Positions 10,426 to 20,299 of a stretch of DNA of 64,000 bases are shown here, one piece after another; within the stretch, counting starts at the first letter, position 1; each line of letters opens with the position of its first letter. The stretch comes from Spirochaetia bacterium. Lineage in GTDB: Bacteria; Spirochaetota; Spirochaetia; SZUA-6; Bin103. Below the pieces are notes generated by a model. The model was given only the letters and a program-made list of their open reading frames with translations. It did not search any database and had not been told where the DNA came from. The stretch lies in the NCBI GenBank assembly GCA_965199955.1, contig CBDATQ010000001.1, positions 2,240,001 through 2,304,000 of the forward strand, written 5' to 3'. Both the position numbers and the translations under genes were made by a program.

Positions 10426-11492
10426 CAGGAAACCTTATCACGCGGGCCGGACGAGGCGGCGCCGCGCATGGTGCGCTTGGCTTCGATCACCTGCGCCATG
10501 ATGGCCAGCGCGATCTCGTCCGGCGACACGGCGCCGATCGCCAGCCCGGCGGGGCCTCTGATGCGGTCGATGGCCTGCGTGTCGAATCCCGCCTCCTGCA
10601 GGCGCCGCCGCCGCTTGGCGTGCGTGCGGGAGCTGCCGAGCGCGCCGATGTAGGCGGCACGGCTCGGCAACAGGCGGCCGAGTGCCGCGTCGTCGATCTT
10701 GGGGTCGTGGGTGAGGAGCACCGCGTACGTGCTCTCGGTGACGGGCCTGCCGGCAAGCGCGCGGTCGGGCCACTCGGCCAACAGCTCGTCCGGCTCGGCC
10801 GCGAAGCGCTCGCTGGCCGCGAACACGCGCCGCGGGTCGACCACGACCGTGCGGAAGCCCAGCTCCCGCGCGAAGGCGACCAGGTGCACGGCGATGTGGC
10901 CCGCGCCGACGATCATCAACTCGTCGGGCCGTGGCAGGACGTGTACGAAAGTATCCACTCCGGCTACCTGGATCAACGCGCTTTCGTGCTCGGCCACGGC
11001 GAACTCGCAGGCAGCGGCCATCGTGTCGGGGCCGTACGGGTCGTCACCGGCGGATGCCCGCACGCGCCGTTCGTCGAGGTCGATCAGCGCATGCGAGGCG
11101 CTTCCGTCGTGCAGTCTGGTGAGGAGCACCGCCGGCCGCTGCCGCTGCAGGCCGTCCAGGATCGCCTCCCACACTTCCGGCTCGGGCTCCGTCAGGTAGA
11201 CGGACAGCTTGCCCCCGCACGACAGCCCGACCGACCACGCGCGCTCGTCCTCGATGCCGTACTCCAGGCGGCCGGGGGCGCGCTCGCCGGCCAGCAGGCG
11301 CACCGCCTCCTCGATGACGGCCGTCTCGATACAGCCTCCGCTCAGCGACCCCGCGACCTGCAGGTCGGCGGTCACCGCCATGGCGCCGCCGGGCCGGCGC
11401 GGCGCGGAGCCCCAGGTGGCCACCACGCGCGCCAGGGCGAACCGCGTCCCGGCCGTGTGCCAACGGCGCACGGCCGCCTCGATGTCGCGCAT
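10425..11492 (-). CDS. xdhC: XdhC/CoxI family Moco-insertion accessory protein
   Basis: TWGSAPRRPG, GSLSGGCIE, GLSCGG, LTHDPKID, YIGALGS. Confidence 0.9.
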   Translation of the reverse strand: MRDIEAAVRRWHTAGTRFALARVVATWGSAPRRPGGAMAVTADLQVAGSLSGGCIETAVIEEAVRLLAGERAPGRLEYGIEDERAWSVGLSCGGKLSVYLTEPEPEVWEAILDGLQRQRPAVLLTRLHDGSASHALIDLDERRVRASAGDDPYGPDTMAAACEFAVAEHESALIQVAGVDTFVHVLPRPDELMIVGAGHIAVHLVAFARELGFRTVVVDPRRVFAASERFAAEPDELLAEWPDRALAGRPVTESTYAVLLTHDPKIDDAALGRLLPSRAAYIGALGSSRTHAKRRRRLQEAGFDTQAIDRIRGPAGLAIGAVSPDEIALAIMAQVIEAKRTMRGAASSGPRDKVS

Positions 11493-11623
11493 CTGCACCC
11501 GGACAGTACCGGAGGAGTCGACCGCCCGTCGCGGTCGAGTTGACAGGAGCGAGCGAGCGCCCATACGGTCACGCAGGCTCACGCACCGTGCCGCCGGCTC
11601 GGGGTTGGGGCCCACCCCGACTC

Positions 11624-11656
11624 ACATGCGACTGACTGGTACATGCGACTGACTGG
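11624..11656. repeat. 16-bp tandem duplication covering the coxG start codon, preceded by a hairpin
   Basis: acatgcgactgactgg at 11624-11639 and 11641-11656; tcggggt/accccga stem just upstream. Confidence 0.85.
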
Positions 11657-12113
11657 CGAATTCTCCTTCGAGGCCCCTCCCGACAAGGTGTGGGACGCGC
11701 TCATGGACCCGGAGGTGCTGCGTTCGACATTGCCGGGCACCGACCGGCTGGAACGGATCGACGATACGCACTTCGACGCGTCGTGGGCCGTCAGGCTCGG
11801 CCCGATCCGCGGCACCTTCGCGGGCTCCATCGAGCTGTCCGACGTGCGGCCGCCGGTCTCCTACCACATGACCGCGATCGGCCGCGGCCCGGTCGGCGTG
11901 GTCACCGGCGAGGCCGACTTCCGGCTGCGCGCGGAAGGGGAAGCCACCGTGCTGTCCTACGACCTGGACGCGCGCATCAGCGGCCGCCTGGCCAGCATCG
12001 GCCAGCGGCTCGTCGAAAGCTCGATGCGCTCCCTGGTCCGCGACGCCCTGCAGGGGCTGTCCGAGAGCATCCGGGAGCGCGTGGCGGGCGAGTCCGGCGG
12101 GAGCGACGCGTGA
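11643..12113 (+). CDS. coxG: CoxG/SRPBCC family protein
   Basis: VWDALMDPEVLRSTLPG, GRLASIGQRLV. Confidence 0.88.
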   Translation: MRLTGEFSFEAPPDKVWDALMDPEVLRSTLPGTDRLERIDDTHFDASWAVRLGPIRGTFAGSIELSDVRPPVSYHMTAIGRGPVGVVTGEADFRLRAEGEATVLSYDLDARISGRLASIGQRLVESSMRSLVRDALQGLSESIRERVAGESGGSDA

Positions 12114-12622
12114 GCGACCCTGCCCAGCCGGAACGGGGCCGACCGGAGCCGGTGTCGGTCACCATCACGATCAACGGCCGTGTCCACCGGGCGCAGGTGG
12201 AGCCGCGCACGCTGCTCGTGCACTTCATCCGCGAGCAGGCCGGCCTCACCGGCACCAACATCGGCTGCGAGACCGGGCTGTGCGGGGCCTGCACGGTGCT
12301 GCTGGACGGCGCCGGCGTGCGTGCCTGCACGCAACTGGCCGCGCAGGCCGACGGGCGCGCGGTGACCACCATCGAGGGGCTTGCCGACGGCGACACGCTG
12401 CACCCTCTCCAACAGGCATTCTGGGAGCAGCACGCCCTGCAGTGCGGCTACTGCACGCCCGGCATGATCCTGGCATGCGTCGACCTGCTGCAGAAGAACC
12501 CCGATCCCTCCGACCAGGAGGTGCGGGAGGCGCTCAAGGGCAATCTCTGCCGCTGCACCGGGTACCACAACATCGTCGCGGCCGTCCGGCACGCTGCCGG
12601 GGTCATGGCGGAGCAGGGCTGA
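12110..12622 (+). CDS. coxS: (2Fe-2S) small subunit, CoxS-like
   Basis: GCETGLCGACTV, QCGYCTPG, GNLCRCTGY. Confidence 0.92.
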   Translation: MSDPAQPERGRPEPVSVTITINGRVHRAQVEPRTLLVHFIREQAGLTGTNIGCETGLCGACTVLLDGAGVRACTQLAAQADGRAVTTIEGLADGDTLHPLQQAFWEQHALQCGYCTPGMILACVDLLQKNPDPSDQEVREALKGNLCRCTGYHNIVAAVRHAAGVMAEQG

Positions 12623-12623
12623 C

Positions 12624-13517
12624 ATGTACCCGGCAGCCTTTGCGTACCACCGCGTCGAGTCGGTGAATGCGGCCGTCGCGCTGCTCGGCGAGCATGAAGA
12701 CGCCAAGCTGCTGGCCGGCGGCCACAGCCTCCTGCCGATGATGAAGCTGCGTCTGGCGCAGCCGGAGGTGCTGGTCGACATCGGCCGCCTGCCGCTCGAC
12801 GGCATCGGCGCGGGGCCCGACGGCCTGACCGTCGGTGCTCTTGCCACCCACCACCGCGTCGCGACGTCGGCCGACGTGACGGGCCGCTGGCAGGCGTTCG
12901 CGGAAGCGGCGGCGAGCATCGGCGACCCGATCGTCCGCAACCACGGCACCGCCGGTGGCAACGTCGCGCACGCCGATCCCGCCTCCGACCTGCCGGCGGC
13001 GCTGCTGGCGCTGGACGGCGAGCTCCGCGCCACCGGTCCGGACGGAGCGCGGCACGTGCCGGCGGCCGGGTTCTTCCAGGGCCTGCTGACCACGGCACTG
13101 GAGCCGGCCGAGGTGCTCACCGAGTTGCGGCTGCCGGCGCCCGGTCCGCGCGCCGGCTCCGTGTACCTGAAGTTCGAGCATCCCGCTTCCGGGTTCGCGG
13201 TCTGCGGCGCCGCCGCCGTGGTCGAGCTGGATGTGGACGGCCGCTGTGCGCGGGCGCGCCTGTGCTTCAACGGCGTCACGGAGGTGCCGCTCGACGCCGG
13301 CGCGGTCGCCGCGGCCCTGGTCGGCAGCGACCTGGACGACTCCGCCATCGAGCAGGCGGTCGGCGACTGCCTGCTCGTCGAGGAGCCGTTGGCCGACACC
13401 TTCGCGTCGGGGGAGTACCGCACGCATCTCGCACGCGTGTACGCCCGCCGCGCGCTGCGCGCCGCCCGCGACCGCGCCGGCACAGCCGGCGACCCGGCAG
13501 ACGGTGCCGTTGGCTGA
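12624..13517 (+). CDS. coxM: FAD-binding medium subunit, CoxM-like
   Basis: MYPAAFAYHR, LAGGHSLLPMMKLRLA, GTAGGNVAHADPASD. Confidence 0.92.
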   Translation: MYPAAFAYHRVESVNAAVALLGEHEDAKLLAGGHSLLPMMKLRLAQPEVLVDIGRLPLDGIGAGPDGLTVGALATHHRVATSADVTGRWQAFAEAAASIGDPIVRNHGTAGGNVAHADPASDLPAALLALDGELRATGPDGARHVPAAGFFQGLLTTALEPAEVLTELRLPAPGPRAGSVYLKFEHPASGFAVCGAAAVVELDVDGRCARARLCFNGVTEVPLDAGAVAAALVGSDLDDSAIEQAVGDCLLVEEPLADTFASGEYRTHLARVYARRALRAARDRAGTAGDPADGAVG

Positions 13518-14409
13518 CCCGGTGCCGGCGCTGGACAGCGTCGACGCCGTGCAGGAAGCGATGGAGCGATGCGCGTACGTCGCGGACCGCGACCTGGCCA
13601 CCTGCGTGTTCCTGGCGGTGCAGCTCGACCGGCCGCTGTTCCTTGAGGGCGAGACGGGCGTCGGCAAGACCGAGATCGCCAAGGTTCTGTCGTCGATCCT
13701 GGACGCCGACCTGATCCGGCTGCAGTGCTACGAGGGCCTGGACGTGTCCACGGCCGTGTACGAGTGGAACTACGCGCGCCAGATCCTGCGCATCCGCATG
13801 CTGGAGGCGTCCGGGGAGGCGAGCGCCGACGCGGACATCTTCACCCGCGAGTTCCTGCTGGCCCGCCCCCTGCTCCAGGCGGTCGATCCGGCGGTGAGCC
13901 GCCGCCGGGTGCTGCTGGTGGACGAGCTGGACCGCGCGGACGAGGAGTTCGAGGCGTTCCTGCTGGAGGCGCTTTCCGACTTCCAGGTGACCGTGCCGGA
14001 GATCGGCACCTTCAAGGCGAGCGAGCCGCCGGTGGTCATCATCACTTCCAACCGCACGCGCGAGGTGCACGACGCCCTCAAGCGGCGCTGCCTGTACCAC
14101 TGGATCGACTTTCCGGACCTGGACAAGGAACTGCGCATCGTGCAGCGCCGCATCCCGGAGGCGTCGCAGGCGCTGTCCGCCCAGGTGGTGGCCTTCGTGC
14201 AGGAGTTGCGCTCGCAGGAGCTGTACAAGCGGCCCGGCGTCGCCGAGACCCTGGACTGGCTGCACGCCCTGCGCGCCCTCGGCGAGCAGGAGCTGGCCGC
14301 CGACGTGGTGGAGCGTACCCTGGGCGTGCTGCTCAAGTATCAGGACGACGTGCAGTCGGTGCGGGGCTCGGTGCCCGGCCTGATCGAGCAGGCGCGCATC
14401 AGCGCCTGA
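13504..14409 (+). CDS. coxD: MoxR AAA+ ATPase, CoxD-like
   Basis: GETGVGKT, RLQCYEGLD, DELDRADEEFEAFLLE; start uncertain. Confidence 0.9.
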   Translation: MPLADPVPALDSVDAVQEAMERCAYVADRDLATCVFLAVQLDRPLFLEGETGVGKTEIAKVLSSILDADLIRLQCYEGLDVSTAVYEWNYARQILRIRMLEASGEASADADIFTREFLLARPLLQAVDPAVSRRRVLLVDELDRADEEFEAFLLEALSDFQVTVPEIGTFKASEPPVVIITSNRTREVHDALKRRCLYHWIDFPDLDKELRIVQRRIPEASQALSAQVVAFVQELRSQELYKRPGVAETLDWLHALRALGEQELAADVVERTLGVLLKYQDDVQSVRGSVPGLIEQARISA

Positions 14410-14420
14410 GCATCGCTCCG

Positions 14421-15545
14421 GTGACCGGCGCGCCGCACCTGCCGCGCTCGGCCCTGCTGTTCGCGCGCGTGCTGCGCGGCCTGGGCCTGAGCGTCGCCGC
14501 CGACGACGTGACCGCCTTCCTGCAGTCGATGCAGGCGATCGGCGTCCGCTCGCGCGACGACGTGCGCGCCGCCGCCCGCAGCCTGTTCACCACCAGCGTC
14601 ACCCAGCACGAGCGCTTCGACCGCGCCTTCGACCGATTCTGGAGCCACCGGCGCCTGCCCGACCGGGACGGGCTGCCGCCGCCGGAGGTGGAGCTGGAGC
14701 GGACGGTGGTCGGCGAGGCGGCGACGGCCACCGACGGCTCGGAGGAGTCGGACAGCTCCGACCGGACCCTGACTTGGTCGGCCACGGAGCGCCTGCGGCG
14801 CAAGGACTTCGGCTCCATGGACGATGCCGAGCTGCGGGTGATGTACGATTTGATAGACACGATACGGGTCGAGCTGCCGCTGCGAGCGGCACGGCGCACG
14901 CGTCCGGCGCACCGCGGCCATCTGATCGACATGCGCGGCTCCCTGCGAGGCGGCCTGCGCTCGGGCGGCGAGCTCACCCGGCTTCGCTGGCGCCGCCGCA
15001 AGCGCCGCCCGCGCCGCCTGATCCTGATCTGCGACATCTCCGGCTCCATGGAACGCTACAGCGGCGCGCTGCTGGGATTCGTGCATGCCGCCGCGCGCGG
15101 GCTGCAGCGTGGCGAGGCGTTCGTGTTCGGCACGCGGCTGTCGCGCATCACCCGCCTGCTGACCGGCCGCCGCATCGCCGACGCGCTGCGCACGGTGTCG
15201 GACCGCGTGCTGGACTGGGGCGGAGGCACGCGAATCGGCGAGGTGCTGCGCGATTTCAACTACCGCTGGGCGCGGCGCGTCCTGTCGGAGCGCGCGGTGG
15301 TCGTGCTGATCTCGGACGGCTGGGACCGCGGCGACGCGGCACTGCTGCGCACGGAGATCGACCGGCTGCAGCGCAGTTGCGGGCAGTTGATCTGGCTCAA
15401 CCCGCTGGCCGGTTCTCCCGGCTTCGAGCCGCGCACGCGCGGCCTGCAGGCGGCGCTGCCGTTCGTGGACCTGCACCTGCCGGCGCACAACCTGGAGGCG
15501 CTGGAACGATTCGGGGCGCTGTTGCGGGCAATGAACACCGCCTGA
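14421..15545 (+). CDS. coxE: vWA domain protein, CoxE-like
   Basis: CDISGSMERY, FVFGTRL, DWGGGTRIG, ISDGWDRG, WLNPL. Confidence 0.9.
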   Translation: MTGAPHLPRSALLFARVLRGLGLSVAADDVTAFLQSMQAIGVRSRDDVRAAARSLFTTSVTQHERFDRAFDRFWSHRRLPDRDGLPPPEVELERTVVGEAATATDGSEESDSSDRTLTWSATERLRRKDFGSMDDAELRVMYDLIDTIRVELPLRAARRTRPAHRGHLIDMRGSLRGGLRSGGELTRLRWRRRKRRPRRLILICDISGSMERYSGALLGFVHAAARGLQRGEAFVFGTRLSRITRLLTGRRIADALRTVSDRVLDWGGGTRIGEVLRDFNYRWARRVLSERAVVVLISDGWDRGDAALLRTEIDRLQRSCGQLIWLNPLAGSPGFEPRTRGLQAALPFVDLHLPAHNLEALERFGALLRAMNTA

Positions 15546-15576
15546 GGTGACAGGCTGACGTGATAGCGTAGCGGCC

Positions 15577-16722
15577 ATGACGGTCGCGGTAGTCGGAGCG
15601 GGCATCTTCGGTGCCGCCGCCGCCCTGGAGCTTGGCCTGCGCGGCCACCGGGTCACGCTTTTCGACTCCGAGGCGGTGCCGGCGCCGCGCGCCGCCTCCA
15701 CCGACGTGTCGAAGGCGATCCGCCGCGTCTGGTACACCGGGGACAAGGCAGGCTACGTCGACCTGGTCGAGCGCTCCGCGGATCGATGGCACGCGTGGGA
15801 GCGGGAGACCGGCCGTCACGTGCTGCACCGCACCGGACACCTGAGCATTCTCCGCGAGGCCGGCCCCGGGTCGCCGATGTATGAAAGCGTGCACTTGTTA
15901 CGCAGCCGGGGCGCGGTCGAAGTGCAGGAGCTGGGCACGGCGGCCCTGCGCCGGCGCTTCCCGCAGTTCACGGTCGCCGCCGACGAGGTGGGCGTGTACG
16001 ACCCGTGGGGCGGTTACCTGGAGAGTGCCGCCGCCGTGCGGATGATCGTGGATCTCGCGGACGACGCGGGCGTGACGGTACGGGAGCGCACGCCGGTTGC
16101 GGCCGTCGAGGAGCGGGCCGGGGCGGTGACTGTGCGCGCCGACAACGCAGAGCAGGCGTTCGATCGCGTGGTCGTCGCCGCCGGCGCCTGGATCGGACGA
16201 CTCCTGCCGGAGCTTGCCCGGCCGCTGACGGTCACGCTCCAGGAGATGCTGCTGCTGCCCGCTCCGGACCCCGTGGCGTTCTCTTACCCGCGGATGCCGA
16301 CTTGGGGCGCCGAGCCGGGCGGGGAGGAATGGTACGGCTTCCCGCTGCTGCGGGAGGGGTCGGTCAAGGTAGCCCGCGACCGGCTCGGCCCGGCGGTCGA
16401 TGCCGAAGTGGACCGCGCTGGCACCGCCGCGTTCGCGGGCGACGCGGAGGCGATGCTGCGGCGGCGCCTGCCGGCGCTGGCGGGCGCAGCGGGAGCGTGC
16501 GGGCGGAGCTGCCTGTACACGATGACGCCGGACGCGCACTTCATCATCGACCGCGTGCCCGGAACCGATCGCCTGGTGGTCGCCGGCGCCGGCAGCGGCC
16601 ACGCCTTCAAGTTCGGCGGCGTGTTCGGGCCGCTGGTCGCCGGCGTGGTGGAGGACCGCCCGGATCCGGCGGCCGAGCCGCTGCGTATCGGTTGCCGGCC
16701 GGCCAGGTGGGCCGATGTCTGA
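15577..16722 (+). CDS. FAD-dependent oxidoreductase (sarcosine/fructosyl-amine oxidase-like)
   Basis: GAGIFG, AASTDVSKAIR, CLYTMTPDAHFIID, GSGHAFKFG. Confidence 0.85.
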   Translation: MTVAVVGAGIFGAAAALELGLRGHRVTLFDSEAVPAPRAASTDVSKAIRRVWYTGDKAGYVDLVERSADRWHAWERETGRHVLHRTGHLSILREAGPGSPMYESVHLLRSRGAVEVQELGTAALRRRFPQFTVAADEVGVYDPWGGYLESAAAVRMIVDLADDAGVTVRERTPVAAVEERAGAVTVRADNAEQAFDRVVVAAGAWIGRLLPELARPLTVTLQEMLLLPAPDPVAFSYPRMPTWGAEPGGEEWYGFPLLREGSVKVARDRLGPAVDAEVDRAGTAAFAGDAEAMLRRRLPALAGAAGACGRSCLYTMTPDAHFIIDRVPGTDRLVVAGAGSGHAFKFGGVFGPLVAGVVEDRPDPAAEPLRIGCRPARWADV

Positions 16723-17263
16723 GCGCTACCTTGCGCTCCTGCGCGGCATCAACGTGGGAGGCAAGAACCTCATTGGCAAGGACGACCTGCGCCGCTGCTT
16801 CGAGGACCTCGGGTTCGATCGGGTACGCACCTACATCCAGAGCGGCAACGTGCTGTTCCGTACGGCAGCGACGGAGGTAGCAGAGCTCAACGCGCGGGTG
16901 GAGCAGGGGCTGTCCGAGCGGTTCACGTACGCCGCGCGCTCGGTCGTCCTGTCGTATGCCGGCTACGCCGCCGCGCTCGCGGCCGCGCCGCCGGCGTGGG
17001 GGCGGGACGATTCCTGCCGGCACAACGCGCTCTTCACGCTGGCCGACGCGACGCCCGACGACGTGCTTGCCGGCCTGCCGCCGGCCAGGCCGGACATCGA
17101 CGCGATCGCCGCCGGTCCGGGCGTCGTGTTCTGGTCGGCGCCGGAGGACCGCATCACCCGGTCCGCGTTCATGAAGCTGCCGACCCTTCCGGTCTACCAG
17201 CGGGTGACGATCCGCAACCGCAACACGGTCCGCAAGCTCGCGGCACTGCTGGACGAGCTGTAG
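16715..17263 (+). CDS. DUF1697 family protein
   Basis: YLALLRGINVGGKN, VRTYIQSGNVLF, TIRNRNTVRKL. Confidence 0.9.
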   Translation: MSERYLALLRGINVGGKNLIGKDDLRRCFEDLGFDRVRTYIQSGNVLFRTAATEVAELNARVEQGLSERFTYAARSVVLSYAGYAAALAAAPPAWGRDDSCRHNALFTLADATPDDVLAGLPPARPDIDAIAAGPGVVFWSAPEDRITRSAFMKLPTLPVYQRVTIRNRNTVRKLAALLDEL

Positions 17264-17267
17264 CGGG

Positions 17268-18074
17268 GTGAAAAACTACGAGCACGAGAACGCCGCCCGC
17301 TACCGGAGAGTGGCCGACCGCGTAGTCGATTCGAGGGCCGTGGCGAAGTACGGGACCACGGACTGCGAGGATTTCTCGTCACGCGCTTTCCTGAAAGACG
17401 TGATCCCCCGGCTCCGGTTCGACCGGGAGCGGCCCACGGCGCTGGAGCTGGGAACGGGGGTGGGGCCCGGCGCGCTGTTCCTGGCGGATCACGGCTTCCG
17501 GGTGCACGGGATCGACCTGATCCCGGAAGCGATCGAGCAGGCCCGTAGTCGCGCCGCGGAGCTCGGCGTCGACGTGACCTTCGAGGTCATGGACGTCACG
17601 CGCGTCCCGCACGCGGGGCCGGTGTACGACCTGATTGTCGACAGCTACTGCCTGCAGGGCATCGCCCTCGACGCGGACCGTGAGGCGGTATTCCGTGCCG
17701 TCAAGGCCCGGCTCGCCCTTCGCGGCTACTACGTGGGCAGCACCGCGATGTACGAAGCCGACCGGCACCACCAGGACTGGCAGACGGTCGACCGCGCAAC
17801 GGGGCGGAGGTTCGACGGTTTCGATGAGGACTGCCTGTACGACCCGGACACCGATCTCTGCTACTGGCCGTGCGACGGGAGGGTCGAGATCGACGGCGCC
17901 ATCACCGTCGCCGGTGCGCGCTTCTATCCGGCCCGTCGCTATCGCAACGGTCCGCGGCTGCGGCAGGAAGTCGAGTCCTACGGCTTCGAGGTCCTCCTGC
18001 AGAGCGGCGAGTGGGGCGAGAATGTCCTCGCCGTCCACCGCGGCAGCGGTCTCCGTCTGTCATCGATGTCGTGA
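17268..18074 (+). CDS. Class I SAM-dependent methyltransferase
   Basis: [23 protein letters not shown]. Confidence 0.85.
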   Translation: MKNYEHENAARYRRVADRVVDSRAVAKYGTTDCEDFSSRAFLKDVIPRLRFDRERPTALELGTGVGPGALFLADHGFRVHGIDLIPEAIEQARSRAAELGVDVTFEVMDVTRVPHAGPVYDLIVDSYCLQGIALDADREAVFRAVKARLALRGYYVGSTAMYEADRHHQDWQTVDRATGRRFDGFDEDCLYDPDTDLCYWPCDGRVEIDGAITVAGARFYPARRYRNGPRLRQEVESYGFEVLLQSGEWGENVLAVHRGSGLRLSSMS

Positions 18075-18169
18075 GCGCATGCAGTAGTAGCCCGGATCAT
18101 TGCCACCTCCGAGTCGTGCGAGACCTGACTCTCCGAGCTGATCCGGCTCTGGTCCGGGACGATCGAGAT

Positions 18170-18430
18170 GCCCCGCCGGCGTTGCAGGTCGTGGCTCTTC
18201 CACGCCGGCACGTGGGCGGTCAGTAGTGCCTTGAACAGCCGGCCGTGGTTGGGCACGCGCAGGTGCAGCAGCTCATGGGCGATGACGAAGTCCTGAAAGC
18301 CCGGCTGCTGGTCGGCTAGATCGGCGGCCAGGGTGACGATTCCCGGGGTGCAGCAGGAGCCCCATTTCCGGGTCATGGGGCGGATGCGCACCGCGCGCGG
18401 CCGCACCCTGAGACGTCGTGCCCAGTCACC
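18170..18430 (-). pseudogene. M48/YgjP-like (DUF45) metalloprotein fragment lacking its N-terminus
   Basis: [27 protein letters not shown] (HEXXH); no credible start before WARRL. Confidence 0.7.
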
Positions 18431-18482
18431 GGGCCGCAGCAGAGCGCTTGACGCCCCTTTCGTCCCGCATAAGCCTCGGCTC

Positions 18483-18590
18483 AAAAGGTCCCTCCCCGAT
18501 GACAAGAGCGCCATGGGTGCTCTCTCCGGCAACGGAGTAGTCGGGGGGTCTTTTTCCGGGCCGCCCGTCGCCGCCAGTGCCCGGCGACGG
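18483..18590 (+). ncRNA. Putative structured leader RNA (three-way junction plus hairpin) upstream of the HNH gene
   Basis: P1 aaaagg..ccccgat/gtcggggggtctttt, P2 agagcgcc-atg-ggtgctct, P3 ctccg-GCAA-cggag, U-run, then ccgtcgccg/cggcgacgg stem. Confidence 0.45.
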
Positions 18591-18662
18591 CGCGTGCACC
18601 TCCGGTTCGTTCTTCACCGCCGGCCTGCTCAGGTTGTACCAGGCAAGGTCCCCGGTCTATTC

Positions 18663-19465
18663 ATGGGGAAGGATCAGCTTCAGGAGCTGCTCGCATCGGT
18701 GGACCCGAACCTGGCGTCGCCGCGCGAGCAACTGCGGGCGCTCGGCGACGGCACCTGGACGTTCACGGTGGTCGTCGACCGGGAGTGCCGGCACGGGCTG
18801 GATCAGCTCAGGTCCCTGCTGTCCCACGTCGACCCAGCGATGTCGTACGGGCAACTGGTGAACCGGCTCGTGCAGGATGAGCTGCGGCGCCGCGACCCTC
18901 GCCTGCGCGGATCGACCGGCACCGATACCCGGCCGGGGGCAACCGGTGGTCCGGCGGCGAAGCGGACCACGCATGCGGAGTCCGCCAAGCATCCCGGCAG
19001 CAACGGAGCCGCCGCCGCGAAGCGCGCTGCGGCCACGGCCGGCGCCCCTTCGGCGTCGAAGCGGGAGGCGCAGCCTGTCCACGACGGCCCGCCGGCGGAG
19101 AACGGAACCTCGCCGGAACCGGCCGAGGCTGTTTCGACGGCGAAGTGCGTTGCGGCGGACGGCGGTGCGGCTCCCTCGAAGCCGAACCAAACGGATCCCG
19201 GCGATGCCGGCCGCCGGCACCCACCGGGCGCGTCGTCCCCGCCGCGGTCAAGCGGGCCGTGTGGGAGCAGGATGGCGGACGGTGCTCATACATCGATCCG
19301 TCGATCGGGCGACGCTGCACCTCCCGTCATCTGCTTCAGATCGACCACATCTGGCCCTGGGCGAGGGGAGGAGGGGCCGAGCCCGACAATCTCCGATTGC
19401 TCTGTCATGCCCATCATCGGCATCGCCATGGGGAGCTGCCGTTCTCGCGAGCGGGGCCGAATTGA
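18663..19465 (+). pseudogene. HNH endonuclease, N-terminally truncated and frameshifted (~19220)
   Basis: GLDQLRSLLSHVDP helical part, low-complexity linker, then VPAAVKRAVWEQDGGRC..C..QIDHIWPWARGG..DNLRLLCHAHH in another frame. Confidence 0.8.
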
Positions 19466-19575
19466 TGCTCCATGCCGTAGTGAGTGCAGGATCGTCGTCC
19501 GCCAAGTCCCCAGCAACCGGGACCACGGGGCGCGGAAGGGGGACACCCTCTGACAGGTCGACAGGTGCCGCCGGA

Positions 19576-19587
19576 TGATATATATCA
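19576..19587. promoter_or_regulatory. Palindromic operator candidate for vapBC autoregulation
   Basis: Perfect palindrome tgatatatatca in the AT-rich leader of vapB. Confidence 0.55.
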
Positions 19588-19619
19588 ATGATCAATCTTT
19601 GTCGCGATGGAGGACTCAT

Positions 19620-19868
19620 ATGGTGAAGACCGCCAAGATCTTCTGGTCCGGCCGGTCTCAGGCTGTCAGGCTGCCGAAGGAGTTTCGCATGAAGGGAGAC
19701 GAGGTGCGGATCCGCAAGCAGGGTGCTGCGGTCGTGCTTGAACCCATCGCGGACGATTGGCGATGGCTGGATGCCATCGCGGGCCGGTTCTCCTCGGACT
19801 TCTTTGCCGAAGGGCGGAACCAGCCTCAACTCGAACCTCGTCCCGAGCTTGACCGCGCGTTCGGGTGA
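19620..19868 (+). CDS. vapB: VapB antitoxin (AbrB/VagC type)
   Basis: TAKIFWSGRSQAVRLPKEFR; GGAGG RBS. Confidence 0.92.
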   Translation: MVKTAKIFWSGRSQAVRLPKEFRMKGDEVRIRKQGAAVVLEPIADDWRWLDAIAGRFSSDFFAEGRNQPQLEPRPELDRAFG

Positions 19869-20299
19869 TGCGTTATCTGCTGGACACCAATGCGTGCATC
19901 GCGGTGCTCAACAAGACATCGCCTCAACTCCTGCAGAGGATCCGTCGCTGCGCCCCGGCGGACATCGGAATGCCGGCGCCCGTCGCCTACGAACTCTACT
20001 ACGGCGCATACAAGAGCCGCCACGCCCTGCGCAACGTGGATCTGCTCGATCGCATGAAGTTCGAGATCGTTCCGTTCGACGCGGCCGACGCTCGCATGGC
20101 TGGCGCCATCCGCAGCGAGATCGAAGCGATTGGCCGTCCGATCGGGCCGTACGACCTGCTGATCGCGGGCCAGGCCCGCGCCCGCAATCTGGTGCTGGTA
20201 ACCGCCAACAGCCGCGAGTTCTCCCGCGTCGAGGGTCTCGACAGCGAGGACTGGTCGATCGCCGACGCTGACCGGAGAGCGACGGGCGAGGAACGATGA
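19868..20299 (+). CDS. vapC: VapC PIN-domain toxin
   Basis: YLLDTNACI, ELYYG, IGPYDLLIAGQA, LVTAN.REF. Confidence 0.93.
   Translation: MRYLLDTNACIAVLNKTSPQLLQRIRRCAPADIGMPAPVAYELYYGAYKSRHALRNVDLLDRMKFEIVPFDAADARMAGAIRSEIEAIGRPIGPYDLLIAGQARARNLVLVTANSREFSRVEGLDSEDWSIADADRRATGEER

Noticed and set aside
11643..15545. Aerobic CO dehydrogenase
   Set aside because: No coxL in the cluster, and neither large subunit in the window has AYxCSFR or AYxGAGR.
18495..18545. Hammerhead ribozyme (CCGATGA resembles CUGAUGA within a three-way junction)
   Set aside because: No GAAA between stems II and III, so the catalytic core is incomplete.
18663..19465. IscB/Cas9-like nuclease
   Set aside because: No PLMP or split RuvC motifs; only a C-terminal HNH.
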